Below, one piece after another: positions 42,128-55,427 of a stretch of DNA of 64,000 nt. The notes under the pieces were generated by a model, which did not search any database, had not been told where the DNA came from, and saw nothing but the letters and a program-made list of their open reading frames with translations. Each line of letters begins with the position of its first letter. Positions within the stretch are counted from its first letter, which is position 1. The stretch covers positions 31,000,001 through 31,064,000 of the forward strand of contig OX597826.1 of assembly GCA_951406725.2 (NCBI GenBank), given 5' to 3'. A program made the position numbers and the translations under genes. This DNA is from Octopus vulgaris (Eukaryota).

Positions 42128-42865
42128 CACACACACAAATACACATAAAATGACCGCCATGTTCCTCCCTACTCATCTATAACTACAGCACACACACATA
42201 CATGTATATATATATATACACAGAGAGGCACACACACACACACAGGTATACATACAAACACAGACATATGTTTACGCACTTCAGTTCGAATACTCAATTG
42301 TTTTGTTTTGTTTTCTTTTGTTTTCTTTTGTTTATGAATTTTCTTTTGTGAGCTTCTGTACAATGTTCATTATTGGCTGGGGTTTTGTATCAGAAACGAA
42401 ATCTGTTGAGTTTAATATCTAATATTGTTTTGAAATTTTGTAATCAACGAAAATGACACCTCCATCTTATTTGTACATTAGAGTTCTGATACAGGAAAGG
42501 TGAGAAACTTTTACCGTAATTCTCTCAAGCTCACTGAAGAAGGGACATCAACAAAGCTGTTATTTGCTTTGTATCGAATACAGTGTATCGGATTCGTGGC
42601 ATGATACCTTTGTAATAAATTTGAACATTCGATTCTTTATCATCCTTTTATTTTTTACATATATGAAATATTTTCATGGCGTTACTCATAGCAACGCTTC
42701 GGATGGTGTACATCCACTACGGTACAGACGGATGTGTTGTATCTTGAGAATAGACATACATGCATACCTGCACACATATGCACACACACACACGCAAACA
42801 CACACGCATATACACACACTCACTCACATATATATATATATATATATATGTGTGTTACTTTTTAT

Positions 42866-42907
<42 letters not shown>

Positions 42908-42941
42908 CATATGTAAGTAAATAGGCAGATATGCATACAAA

Positions 42942-42983
<42 letters not shown>

Positions 42984-43234
42984 TAGTTTCGATGACTGAA
43001 ACCGGTACTGAAGTGTTTTTTTATAAAATTATATTTGCATTTTCTATCTTGACTTTTATATATATATATATCTGTTCGTGTGTGTGTGTATGCATGTATG
43101 TATGTGCGTGTGTATGTATATATAGCTAAGACGAAAGAATACGAGAAACAACGAAAAAGAAACAACAAAAAGAATAATGAGCTTACAATGAATATTACGA
43201 GTTTGGTTGTTAGGGCAAAATAGATTTAATGGTT

Positions 43235-43268
43235 ATAATGTTTCGGACATTGTCTTTCATCAGTTGAC
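43235..43268 (-). ncRNA. Degenerate hammerhead core (similar partial core at 39819-39842, +)
   Basis: CUGAUGA aa GAC aau GUC c GAAA cau UA; at 39819 CUGAUGA c GGUU gaua AACC GAAA. Stem I is not intact in either. Confidence 0.5.
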
Positions 43269-43370
43269 AGAACAAAAGATAAAACCAGATGAGAACAAAC
43301 AGGGCAAAGAGAAAAGGGGCAAAAATTTAAAAGAGTAATCCCAATATGATAGCCACTGACCACGTGTGTT

Positions 43371-43430
<60 letters not shown>

Positions 43431-43545
43431 TATGTATTATGTATATATATATATGCACGTACGTACTACATATATATGATAATATATAGTATTATATAAG
43501 GTATATATTATATATATATGTATATATATATATACACACATATAT

Positions 43546-43640
<95 letters not shown>

Positions 43641-44509
43641 AAAAACGGTAAGACAACAAAAGAATGAAAAAGACCTCGATATTATGTAAATAGAGGAATT
43701 TATCTGTGTATATATATAAATGAACGTACGTACATGAATTCATGCATGCTTGCATGCTTATATATATATATATGTATGTGTGTATATATATATATATATA
43801 TGTGTGTGTGTATACATGTGTGTGTGTGTATGTGTGTGTGTGTGTGTTTATGTGTGTGTTTAAGGAGAGAGCCACAATTTAAGATAAAGCACTCAGGAAC
43901 AAACGAGAGAGTGTAAATTGATGTTTATTCAGATGGTAGCGCGTCCAGTTTCGAAGAAAGCATAACGTATTTTGAAAGTGCTACATGTGTACATGCACAC
44001 ACACACACACACACACACACAAATATACATGCATATATATAAACATATACACACATATGCACACACACACATACAAATATATAGAGATAGATAGATAGAT
44101 ACATACATACATACATACATACATACATACATTTATACATGCATACATACATACATACATACATACATACATTCATACATGCATACATACATACATACAT
44201 ACATACATACATGCATGCATGCATGCATACATACATACATACATACATACATACATACATACATACATACATACATACATACATACATACATACATACAC
44301 ATACATATATTGATAGGTAATAGACAAACAGACAGACCCTGATAAGCTGAACATATAAGATAACATGATAACACGATAACAAGAATAAAAGCCTCCTCTT
44401 CAGCAAATCTATCCATGTTGCAGTTGATTCAGGCTTTCAAATATTCGGTGATGGACGACAGCAATGATTGATTCCATTATTTTAATGGAGCGATTTGCTG
44501 ACGTCATTA

Positions 44510-44568
44510 ATCCGCATCGATGATCTTATCGTCATCGTTGTTCTTATCGTTCTTGCTGCTGCTGCTGC

Positions 44569-44599
<31 letters not shown>

Positions 44600-44847
44600 C
44601 TTGATATTGTTGTTGTTAGCCAGTATAGCCATTGCTATTCTGAGCCCCTGCACCTGTATTATCGCCATTGTCATCACCGCCATCACCAGCCCCATTATTG
44701 TGCGCTATTGCTACAGCATCACCTCGATAACACCTCCATCCCTATCAACACCGCCATAAACACCACTACCATCAACTTCATCATCACCGTCATCATCATC
44801 ATCGTAATCATCATTATAATCATCATCGTAATCATCATCATCATCAT

Positions 44848-44892
<45 letters not shown>

Positions 44893-45109
44893 TATCATTA
44901 TTATCATCGTACCCACCACCTCCACCACAGACTACCTTCGTCATCATTACCAGCACCGCATCCACCGCCAACCAGCTCCATCAGCAGCAGCAGCAACATC
45001 CTTACCATCATCATCATCATCATCACCATTAACGTCATCAACTCCATCATCATCATCTACAGCACCAGCATCATCATCACTATCAATATCGTTGTCATGA
45101 TTATCATCG

Positions 45110-45157
<48 letters not shown>

Positions 45158-45910
45158 ACCGACATCATCAACCGACAGAATTTCTCCCAAACATTATCAG
45201 CCATATATCATCATCCACTTTCAGCACTGCCACTGCTACTACCACCACCACTACAAACACCGCCAATAACACCACTGCCTTCCCCATTACGTCCATCACC
45301 GTCACCACCATCACTACCACAATAACAACGACAACCACGATCAACAACACTGCAGCCTCTCCCACTTTCTCTGTCACCACCACTGCCACCTCAACCAACA
45401 CCACCACAACTACCACCATAACTACCACAACCACCACCACCATCACCACCTCAACCACTACAACCCCCACAACCACTTCTACAATCACAACCACCACCAC
45501 CACCACAATCACTACCACCACAACCACCACCACCATCACAACCACCACACAACAATTACTACCACCATCACCACCACAACCACAACTACAACCATCACCA
45601 TCACAACCACCACTACCATCACAACTACCACCACCACATCAACCACTACCACCACAACCACCACTACCATCACAACCACCACCACCACAACCCCTACCAC
45701 CACAACCACCACCACCACCACCACCACCACCACAACCACTACCACCACCATCACCACCACAACCACCACCCCATCCTTAAACGCGCAAATACAACTTCAC
45801 ACTCACCCCCATCTACCCCACCACATTCACCACCCCCCCACTGCACCTATACGACTACCACCACCGCCACTACCACCATCACCACTACCACTTCTACTAC
45901 CATTACTACA
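44510..45910. repeat. Graded trinucleotide field (GCT, GTT, CAT, CAC/ACC); similar fields at 13520-13890, 31050-31550, 38510-38670, 39140-39600
   Basis: Direct inspection. Confidence 0.9.
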
Positions 45911-46057
45911 TTCCACCTTCTGTGTAAAGAAAAGCTGGAATCACAACAGTATTGACAAAAAAATTGACAATTATCATCTTATGTTTACTCTACTTCACCT
46001 TAAACCCCTCATGCCTACACCACCTTCTTCTTCTCTCCTTCCTCCCTCTTCATATTA

Positions 46058-46126
<69 letters not shown>

Positions 46127-46277
46127 GTGTTGTTGATGATGATGATGCAATTTTTCCGACGTTTCTTTTCCTTTTCGTTTCAGATTTGATCTTAATCTGA
46201 TTTTGCACATGATACTTTTTTCTCAGCTATTTTCGTATTTGTAAACTATAAAATATATATATATATATCACACACAA

Positions 46278-46325
<48 letters not shown>

Positions 46326-46676
46326 ACGCATACACACATACACACGTATATATATTAACATATCTTTCAATGGATTTTCTTGGCAAATCTTGAGTGTAAA
46401 TGTGAGCTGACATTTGTAAATATATATATATATATTTACAGAAGAAAAACGTTTTTATCGTGAGGAGAAATAATATGAATGATATAATGGCTTTAGAGCG
46501 GTTTTGGCTGCTATCTTTAACATGTATGGGATTTTTTAACCCTTTTAGTTATAATTGTGACTTGTTCATAATTATAAACATTCTTCCTATTTGCATTTCA
46601 TGATAACATGTTTGATAAATTCATAAATAATCTTAATTATTTATAATATATCCTCTGTAATGTTTTATTACATTAC

Positions 46677-46724
<48 letters not shown>

Positions 46725-47709
46725 GAGTGTTAGGTAAGGAAAAATAATTAAATAAATGAATGAATGGTGATTAGGAAGGTGGATACCCCTTCTCTCTCTC
46801 TTTCCCTCTACACATCTATCTATCTGTCTGACTAGCTATCTATCTATCCATCTGTCTATCTATATATCTATCTGCCTACCTACATTTCTATCCATCCATC
46901 TCCATCGCCTTGGAACCTCACCCCAAAAAACAAAAACAATGTTCTCTTCTAAACAACCCCACCCCCACAAAAAACGTATGTTTTATATAAATGAATAAGC
47001 CAGTTGGACATTCACAAAATTGTATTTGGCAAGTTCTAGAGAGGAACGAAAGCGCTAATAATAATGAAGAAATGAATTAACGTCCATTTATTTATATGTG
47101 TGTATATATGTGTGTATATATGTGTGTCTGTGTGCGAGTTTGTGTGTGTGTGTGTTTGTGTGTGCGCGTGCGTCATTCTGCGATGTGTCTTATATAGATA
47201 ATGATGCATGTATCAAATAATGTTAATTAGTATTCATAATGTTTAATATCAGTTTTATTATAGAATCCACTCGACCCGCATACACTCTAACTTAACGGAC
47301 GCACAAAGAACCTGAGTACAAACATGCGCGCACACGCATATATGTGTGTGTGTGTGTCGCTGACGTCATGGGAATTTTATAAACTCTCATGAGAACGTGA
47401 AATAACATTTTTTTGGAATATTGATTCTCGAAGCACACCCAGAAAGCTATAGACAGTAGCATATAAACAAAGGATTGAAAAAGCCTCCAGAATAAGAAAA
47501 GTCGAAAACTACCCGTGGGACACGAACCCACGTTTCCTCTAGATTTACCATTTTACCAAAGCATAAACTTTACTATTTGGTACTTTTACGGTATATCTCT
47601 CGCTCAGAAATTTAAAACGAGTTGTTTTTCTCTATACGAGATCAACGACTCTGTGTCGCTTAAAAAATATATAGTATTCGCAAGTGGATAGAGTTTTCAT
47701 CACTAGCCG

Positions 47710-47768
47710 GTGATTATCTCACACTGAGGACGGGTAATCATTCGGGAACCCGGGTCCGTGAGCATCAC
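47710..47768 (+). ncRNA. Degenerate type I hammerhead (GAAA changed to GGAA)
   Basis: GUGAU uau CUCAC a CUGAGGA CGGGU aauc AUUCG GGAA CCCGGG UC c GUGAG c AUCAC. Confidence 0.68.
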
Positions 47769-48091
47769 GTAGGACTAGAGATGGGAACGATGACCTCCCT
47801 TGCAAATGCTATTCGGACACAAACTGTTTTCTTGGGGCTAAAACAACAGTAACATCGTCCTTTATAGGACTGCCACGTTCTGTTGGCAAATAAACTTTAC
47901 TAACCCTAATTTCTTAGTCCACTTTAAGAACTTTAATCTTACTAGCGATAATTATGTGTTGTTAACATATGAGAATTTTATAAACTTTCAATGGAACGCA
48001 AAATAATTCTTTTTTTAGGCTGCCAGTAGTAACAGTAAAGTTAGTGCCAATCATATATATATGTTTGCATCTACGTATATATATATATATA

Positions 48092-48308
48092 CGAAGTGGT
48101 GCTGAAAAGTTCCTGGCTTTTGGTAAAAGAAAATACAGGAGGATCAGTTAATTATGGTTTTATTCAACATATTTCCCTCTCAGACACACACACTTATTAC
48201 AGCCGTCCTTCAGCTTTTCTAAGCCTTGTAAAAGAACTCGAAAAGCTGGGCCTCCAACCAAGCCTTCTGCGATACCCTTAAAATCAGGAACTTTACAGCA
48301 CCCCGTCG
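48092..48308. mobile_element. Mariner-type MITE with TA TSD
   Basis: TIRs CGAAGTGGTGCTGAAAAGTTCCTG ... CAGGAACTTTACAGCACCCCGTCG, flanked by TA on both sides. Confidence 0.85.
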
Positions 48309-48951
48309 TATATATATCCGTGTATGTGTCTAGGTATATAATTATGTATGAATGCATGTTTGTATGTATGGAACTGCATGTAATAAACTTGTGAATTTAT
48401 GTATTTATGTGTATATGTAAAAAACATAAAGTAAGGAGGTGTGAAAAGGAATATATATGTTCACTTAATCCTCATGACTTCCATAGGATTACAGCCGTTT
48501 CACAACCTTCTTTATGCAGTATTAATTTAAGTCAGGAAGAAATTATACGTACATGTTTGCATAAGTATGTATACTCAACATTATACAATACAATTATATA
48601 CTCACAACTTAATGAAAATAAAGCTAGCTCATCACATACACCGAAGCATCATGGTTACATACACACATGGATAATTAGATATATATTCACCTCTCATACC
48701 TCCTGAAATTATGATTTTCTATACTCCTCACGAAATAATGTCATCGTTTGGGTTTTCAGGATTTTCAGTTACAGGGACACTCTTCATTGTATTTCTTTGT
48801 AATTAATTACTGTGTAAACTGATAGCCGAATCCGCAAGAGGAGCTTTCTGTGATAACTGCATGATTCTATGAATCCGCATCTTATACAATTCATTTATGT
48901 ATGTATTTTTATATTTATAAACAAATCAATATATGTGTGTATCTATGAATG

Positions 48952-49006
<55 letters not shown>

Positions 49007-50089
49007 GGAGGCGGGGTAAGCACGTCCCTATGTATGAATGCATCCAAGTTTGTACGAATGTATTCATGTATGTATGCATGTATGTATGTATGTTTGTTTG
49101 TCTGTATGTATGTTTGTATGTATGTATGTATGTATGTATGTATGTATGTATGTATGTATGTATGTATGCATATGAAACAGAATGAGAGCTGGGATAAAAA
49201 GGAGACAATTCCATATTGGCTGACACATAATTCTGAAAAGTAATTCTTACGCGTGTTTCTACTGTTTTACAGGTAACCCTCATACACATCTCTTGACTTA
49301 ATGAGGATTACATAGAATCCAGCAACATAGTAGAGGTAAGTCTCTTAGTCTCTTATTTCTTTCATCTTTGTGCTGGTGAGATCGATAGACAGCATTATTT
49401 ATTGATATTAAAACAACATCCGATCCTAACGATTCCTTATCTTAGGCATTTAGACATTAAAAAATAATATTTCTTTGGTGCTCTGCCATTTCTGCTCTAA
49501 GAAAAAGTATTCTCGTTTCTTTCAAAAAAATATTGCCTTTGCGTCGAATCAAAAGCGTTTTTAATAAGAGTTTCTTATATTAACAGCATTGACCAAAGTC
49601 TTGTTCTGTAATTAGAAGAATTCTGCATCTGTATGTATAAATAATACAATATCTGTATATGTGTGCACACATATATATATGTGTGTGTATGTGTTGTATA
49701 CATACATATATAGACACAAATGTATGTGTGTATAAACACAGGGATATGCACACGCATACACACACTTACATATATACATATATACATGTATACATATAGG
49801 GAGAGAGCGAGGAGTGGATGAGAGAGGAATAGAGATGAATCTATAAATATACTAGTATATATATATATTTTTTTAATGGTTGTTATCATAGACGCGTGAG
49901 TCACGAGTATGATAACGTCCATGCGTGAAACTCAAAGTCCTCGAGCCACTTTTGTAACTTTTCTATCGATATATGTGTGTATGTGTGTGTGTGCAATTCT
50001 TCTTTGCAACGCAGAATATTGAAGCATATAAAGTTATAAACAGCAGTATGTAAATATTGAGCAAAATCCACCCTTTGGATAGAAAAGTC

Positions 50090-50160
50090 GATATCGCCCA
50101 AGGGACACGAACCCATCACCTAGTGCACACAAGCCGGGCATTATACCACTAGACCAAAGA
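50090..50160 (-). mobile_element. tRNA-derived head of a further SINE family (related fragment near 47505-47545)
   Basis: Minus strand TCTTTGGTCTAGTGGTATAATG...GGGTTCGTGTCCC has A- and B-box-like motifs; GGGACACGAACCCA is shared with 47517-47530. Confidence 0.55.
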
Positions 50161-50348
50161 AATACTTCGTACTTCTCCATCCATTTTAGGCAGCTTATTC
50201 TTATCCGCGAGAACTGTACGTTGTTGATGTCATAAGAATTCATAAACTTTTGAGAACGGTGAATCTCGAAGCATATAAAGCTATGAATAATAGCGTGTAC
50301 ATTTTGTGTTATTGGATCTTACACGCACTCACACACATGTATATATAT

Positions 50349-50388
<40 letters not shown>

Positions 50389-51074
50389 CCATATGCACAA
50401 GTACACACATATATGTATGTGTGTGTGTGTGTTTGTGTGTGCGTGCGTGTGTGTGTGCGTGTGTGTGCGTGTGTGCGTGTATGTATGTATGTATATTTGT
50501 ACGTGTATATATATATATATATATATATATATTCATACACACACACACATTTACATGTGTATTGGTGTGGAGGGTTGTTTGTATGTGATTATGTGTCTGT
50601 AAAAAAAGAATTGATAGAAAGAATAGAGAGAGATAGATAGTTGGTTAGGCAGAGAATATAGGCAGAGACAGTCAGACAGAAACAAGCAGAGAGAGAGAGA
50701 GAGAGAGAGAAAGAGAGTAAGAGAGAGAGAGAAATAAAATATAATTCCAGATTCATTATGATTACAGATGAACTGTCTCAATATGATAGAATTGTACTAA
50801 CCAAACATAAAGAGACCCATATGCCCATACCGACGTTCACACAAACACCTCGCCTACCTTGTCATCATAGCATATCAAAGCGTGTCATCAACATCTGGAA
50901 TCAGAGATAATAATGCATTCTTAGGACATCGAGTTTGCAATCAAATTTCTTTCCAGGAATTTGTCTTTGGTTTTTATTGCAAGAAATAAAACATAATCTC
51001 AGAATGCCAACCATAATCTTGAGCCTTCTTTCCAGACTCTACTAGTAATTATTTTTCTTCGGATACAAGAGGAT

Positions 51075-51109
<35 letters not shown>

Positions 51110-51262
51110 GCGCGTGTGTGTGTGTATGTGTGTGTGTGTGTGTGTAAGCAAGCATGCGTGCATGTATGTATATATATATATGTATTATACATAATTTATA
51201 AGCATATATGCGTGTGTGTGTGTAAGCAAGCATGCGTGTAAGCAAGCATGCGTGTATGCATG

Positions 51263-51328
<66 letters not shown>

Positions 51329-51428
51329 TAGTTAGATAGATGGTTAGATAGATAGATATAGAAAAGTATAAATATACAGATATCTATATATGTATACATA
51401 TATCTATCTATATGTGTATAAAATATAC

Positions 51429-51497
<69 letters not shown>

Positions 51498-51889
51498 TAC
51501 ATATATACATACATATATATATATATTGTTAAGTTTATACATGCATAGACAGACACACACACACACACTGACAAATGAACAGACCTATAGTTACTATTCT
51601 TACAGTTCTTTGGTCTTTCTCTCATCAAATTGTCTTTTTCTTTTGTATTTCGTATTTTTGTTTCCCTTTTCTATTTCTATTTTTTCTTTTGAAGTTTTTC
51701 TAAATCTGAGAATCAATAACCATTAAATAAATCTGCTTCTACAGTGGAAGATATTTGTGTTTCATACACTGACTGTCGTCCCAAAACCGAAGCTCGATCT
51801 CAAAGTAGAATGGCAACTACATTTTATTGCACCAGAATTGTACACAGATTAACGCTTAAATAGAACTAGGGGTTAGCTTTGAGATACCC

Positions 51890-51985
<96 letters not shown>

Positions 51986-52029
51986 CAGATGAAAGACAGA
52001 ATATAGAATGTACAAGAATTTATTATAAA

Positions 52030-52130
52030 TCACAATTGTTTCGACACATCTAGCATCGATTCCTCTTGGGTATGATACTCAGTAACTGGTTCGGGAGCAT
52101 CCGGTGGTGCAGATGTATCTCGTCAGGTGG
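52030..52130 (-). ncRNA. Hammerhead with 77-nt stem II domain; cleavage triplet damaged
   Basis: CCAC CUGACGA GAUACAUCU [59 nt] AGAUGUGUC GAAA CAAUUG UG..; 9-bp stem II base; AATAAA just downstream. Confidence 0.7.
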
Positions 52131-52580
52131 TAAGTAAATACAACTGGTTAAAATTACTGTTCCGCAACGTAACTTTCCGTTTTGTAGAGAGAAAAGCAGC
52201 CAGACGGAGGAAATATCTTTATTTATATAGAAGATCAAAAATAAAATCACAGATGACAAAAAGAGAAACGAACATGTAATCCAACGAGAAAAAAAAAAAC
52301 ATTAAAAATAACCGTTAACAAATATGGATGAATAAAAATCCTCAGGCAAGCTGCATGGCGCGAGTACACTCGCTCATACAAACATTGGCAAAAATGTGAG
52401 CATACTCACACGTGAGGTTTGGTGCACTCATGATCACAAAGCGAGTTAACTATCTACCTGGTGTTTATTAAAATGGTGAGGTTAAAAGTAAACTTAAGTC
52501 ATCCATGCCTTAAAGTAAATTAAGTTAACAGTTATTCAAAATTCATTCTCACTGCATTGTGCGAAAGTACATTTATATGC

Positions 52581-52788
52581 GTGTAGGCATCTCGATAGTC
52601 GTTCGGAAATTCTATTATCTTTTCGTTAGCCCCTAGAATAGAAAGGGATTCCTCGGAGCAGAGACGGTATTTCCTACAATATAATTTACAGGGGATGCCG
52701 TCTCTGCTCTGAGGAATCCCTGTCTATTCTGTGCACTAACAAGAAGATAATTAATAGAATTTCTGAACGACTCTTGAGATGCCTACAC
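52581..52788. repeat. Imperfect palindrome (arms about 95 bp)
   Basis: GTGTAGGCATCTCGATAGTCGTTCGGAAATTCTATT ... AATAGAATTTCTGAACGACTCTTGAGATGCCTACAC. Confidence 0.9.
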
Positions 52789-52870
52789 ACACATACATTT
52801 TCTATATACCTAATGATCACTCTGAAAGTGATTGTGCTTTACCAATAAGCTACCAGGTGTAAACCATTCG

Positions 52871-52939
<69 letters not shown>

Positions 52940-52999
52940 TGTCTTTTATTTGTTTCAGCCATTTGACTGCGGCTATGCTGGAGCACCGCCAAAACTTAT

Positions 53000-53036
<37 letters not shown>

Positions 53037-53150
53037 TGACGCTTTCGATATGCAAATTTGTAACTATTCTATTTGTTGAGTATATAAGCAGATCGGTTGC
53101 TTCTTCCACTCGAAAGGACAATCTGAGTTTGTTTGGAGGCGAGGTACTCC

Positions 53151-53193
53151 AATGGACACATTGTTTCGGTCTCATTTTGATCTCATCAGCATT
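53151..53193 (-). ncRNA. Type I hammerhead ribozyme, intact core
   Basis: AAUG CUGAUGA GAUC aaaauga GACC GAAA CA aug UG UC CAUU: stem I AAUG/CAUU, one stem II mismatch. Confidence 0.82.
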
Positions 53194-53255
53194 ATCACCG
53201 TCACATCTTGGCTCTGAGCAGTCTTTCGGTTCATTTTTTTTTCTGTCTTTTATTA

Positions 53256-53293
<38 letters not shown>

Positions 53294-54296
53294 TACTCTC
53301 CCTATCTCTATCTCTCCATCTCTATCTCTCACTGTTTTCTTTTTAGCGGTCTATCTTGTCTCTTTTACTCTTTTTTCCTCTCTTTCTTTTCTTCTCTCTC
53401 ATTCACTCACTCACTTTCTCTCCTTGTCCCCCTTCCCCCGTTTCTTATCCCTGTCTAACATAGTTGTACATCCGGCCTGTTTTTCAACCTACAGCGAAAG
53501 AACGTTATGTAAGTGAATGCCGCTAAGCATTTTGTCCAGCGTTCTTACGATTCTGCCAGCTCGCTACCTTATTGATAATAATAAACCTTTCTGCTACAGG
53601 CACAAGGTCCGAAATTTAGGGGAGGGAGGAAGTCGATTACATCGATCCCAGTTTTCATAAACCCCAGAAGGATGAAAGACAAAGTCGACTTCGGCATAAT
53701 TTAGACTCAGAACGTAAAAACGGAAATGCGGCGAAACATTTTATCCAGTGCGCCAATAATAACTATACAAACATTTAAGAATTTCAGCATTTCACCAGCA
53801 ACAGATTCCACCAATAAAAGACATATATTTTCCTCTAATATTTGCGTTCAACTTGCTAAATACGTACCTAAGATAGCAACATTAATTCGCATCTCCTGCG
53901 TAAAACACAATTCTTCAGTCTTTATTACATTCATTGCTTAATTTTTATAATTCGAAATTCACCTTTAAAATTATGTTTTCTAAAACAAACCTATGTCTTA
54001 CAAGTTTCATAGATCAATATTTTTTGTCTTCTTCCTATAATTCACGTGAATATTTCGCATGTACAGGATAAAATGGTTTAAGATCATTATAACAGTTTTG
54101 TTTTGGATTATATGTATGTATGTATGTGTGTGTGTATGTATGTATGTATGTATGTATGTATGTATGTATGTATGTATGTATGTATGTGTGAGTGTATGTA
54201 TGTGTGTATGTATGTATGTATGTATGTATGTATGTATGTATGTATGTATGTATGTATGTATGTATGTATGTATGTATAGCTAGCTAGCTAGCTAGC

Positions 54297-54377
<81 letters not shown>

Positions 54378-54543
54378 GTATTATACATGAATTATATATT
54401 TCGTTTGAATTTGATCTTTAAAATATACGACGATGTGCTGATAATGAAAGACATTCTGAAACAATCGTCTGCATGCGGTATATGCAGAGTAAAGAAATTC
54501 TGTATCAAGACAATAAATCAAAATATATTCATAATACACATTG

Positions 54544-54584
<41 letters not shown>

Positions 54585-55376
54585 AATAAAATAGAACATA
54601 TGCATATATATAAACATATATGTACGTACCTACCTCTACATGTACATATACACGCATATATGTGTACAGGACACCAAAAAGACGTCGAACACATAGAGAG
54701 ACGAAAAACATAGACACAAACCAAGGAACAGGACAAGCAAAAAAGAAAAAAATAGATACAGGACAATAAGCACAACGAAAAATCCCCTTCTTCAGTCGCT
54801 AAGGTTTCATCTACTCTACGTTTCGAAGGATAAAAGCGAGACGTATACTTCGAAGAAACTTCCTTCCTGCGAAAAGCAAATCAATTAAAATTCTGAGATC
54901 TTTTCGCAGAGGGGTAAAAAATGGTAAAAAAAAAGCAAGACGGTAACGACAGTACAAACATATAAACAGTAAAAAAAAAAATTATATATAAACAGTTGAA
55001 AAATAAATAATATATAACAGTGAGAGACAGGACAAGGAGAACAAGATAAGAAGGGCTGTTTACGCCAGACGAAAAAAGTAATGCAAACGCTGGATTATAG
55101 TGGACGACGAGAGAGAAAGAATGTCGACCAGTGGCCTTAGAAGGCGGGCGAGAAAAGACAGGATAGCAGTTACGACGGAAGTATCGTCGCAGATGGACGA
55201 CGGGAATGGGGGAGGAGGAGCAAGAGGAAGAGAGAGAAGAAGGGGAATGGTGCGAGGAGACCATGAAGAATGGTGAGGGGGAGAGAGAGAATGAAGAATG
55301 AGAGAGAGAGGAAGAGACAAGTTAAGTGAGGGAAAAAGGACGAAAAAGGGAATGGGAGAGAAAGAAAGAAAGATGC

Positions 55377-55427
<51 letters not shown>

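Noticed and set aside
44495-45780. Mucin- or extensin-like poly-T/P/I ORFs
   Set aside because: Graded microsatellite field with no signal peptide, splice structure or unique sequence.
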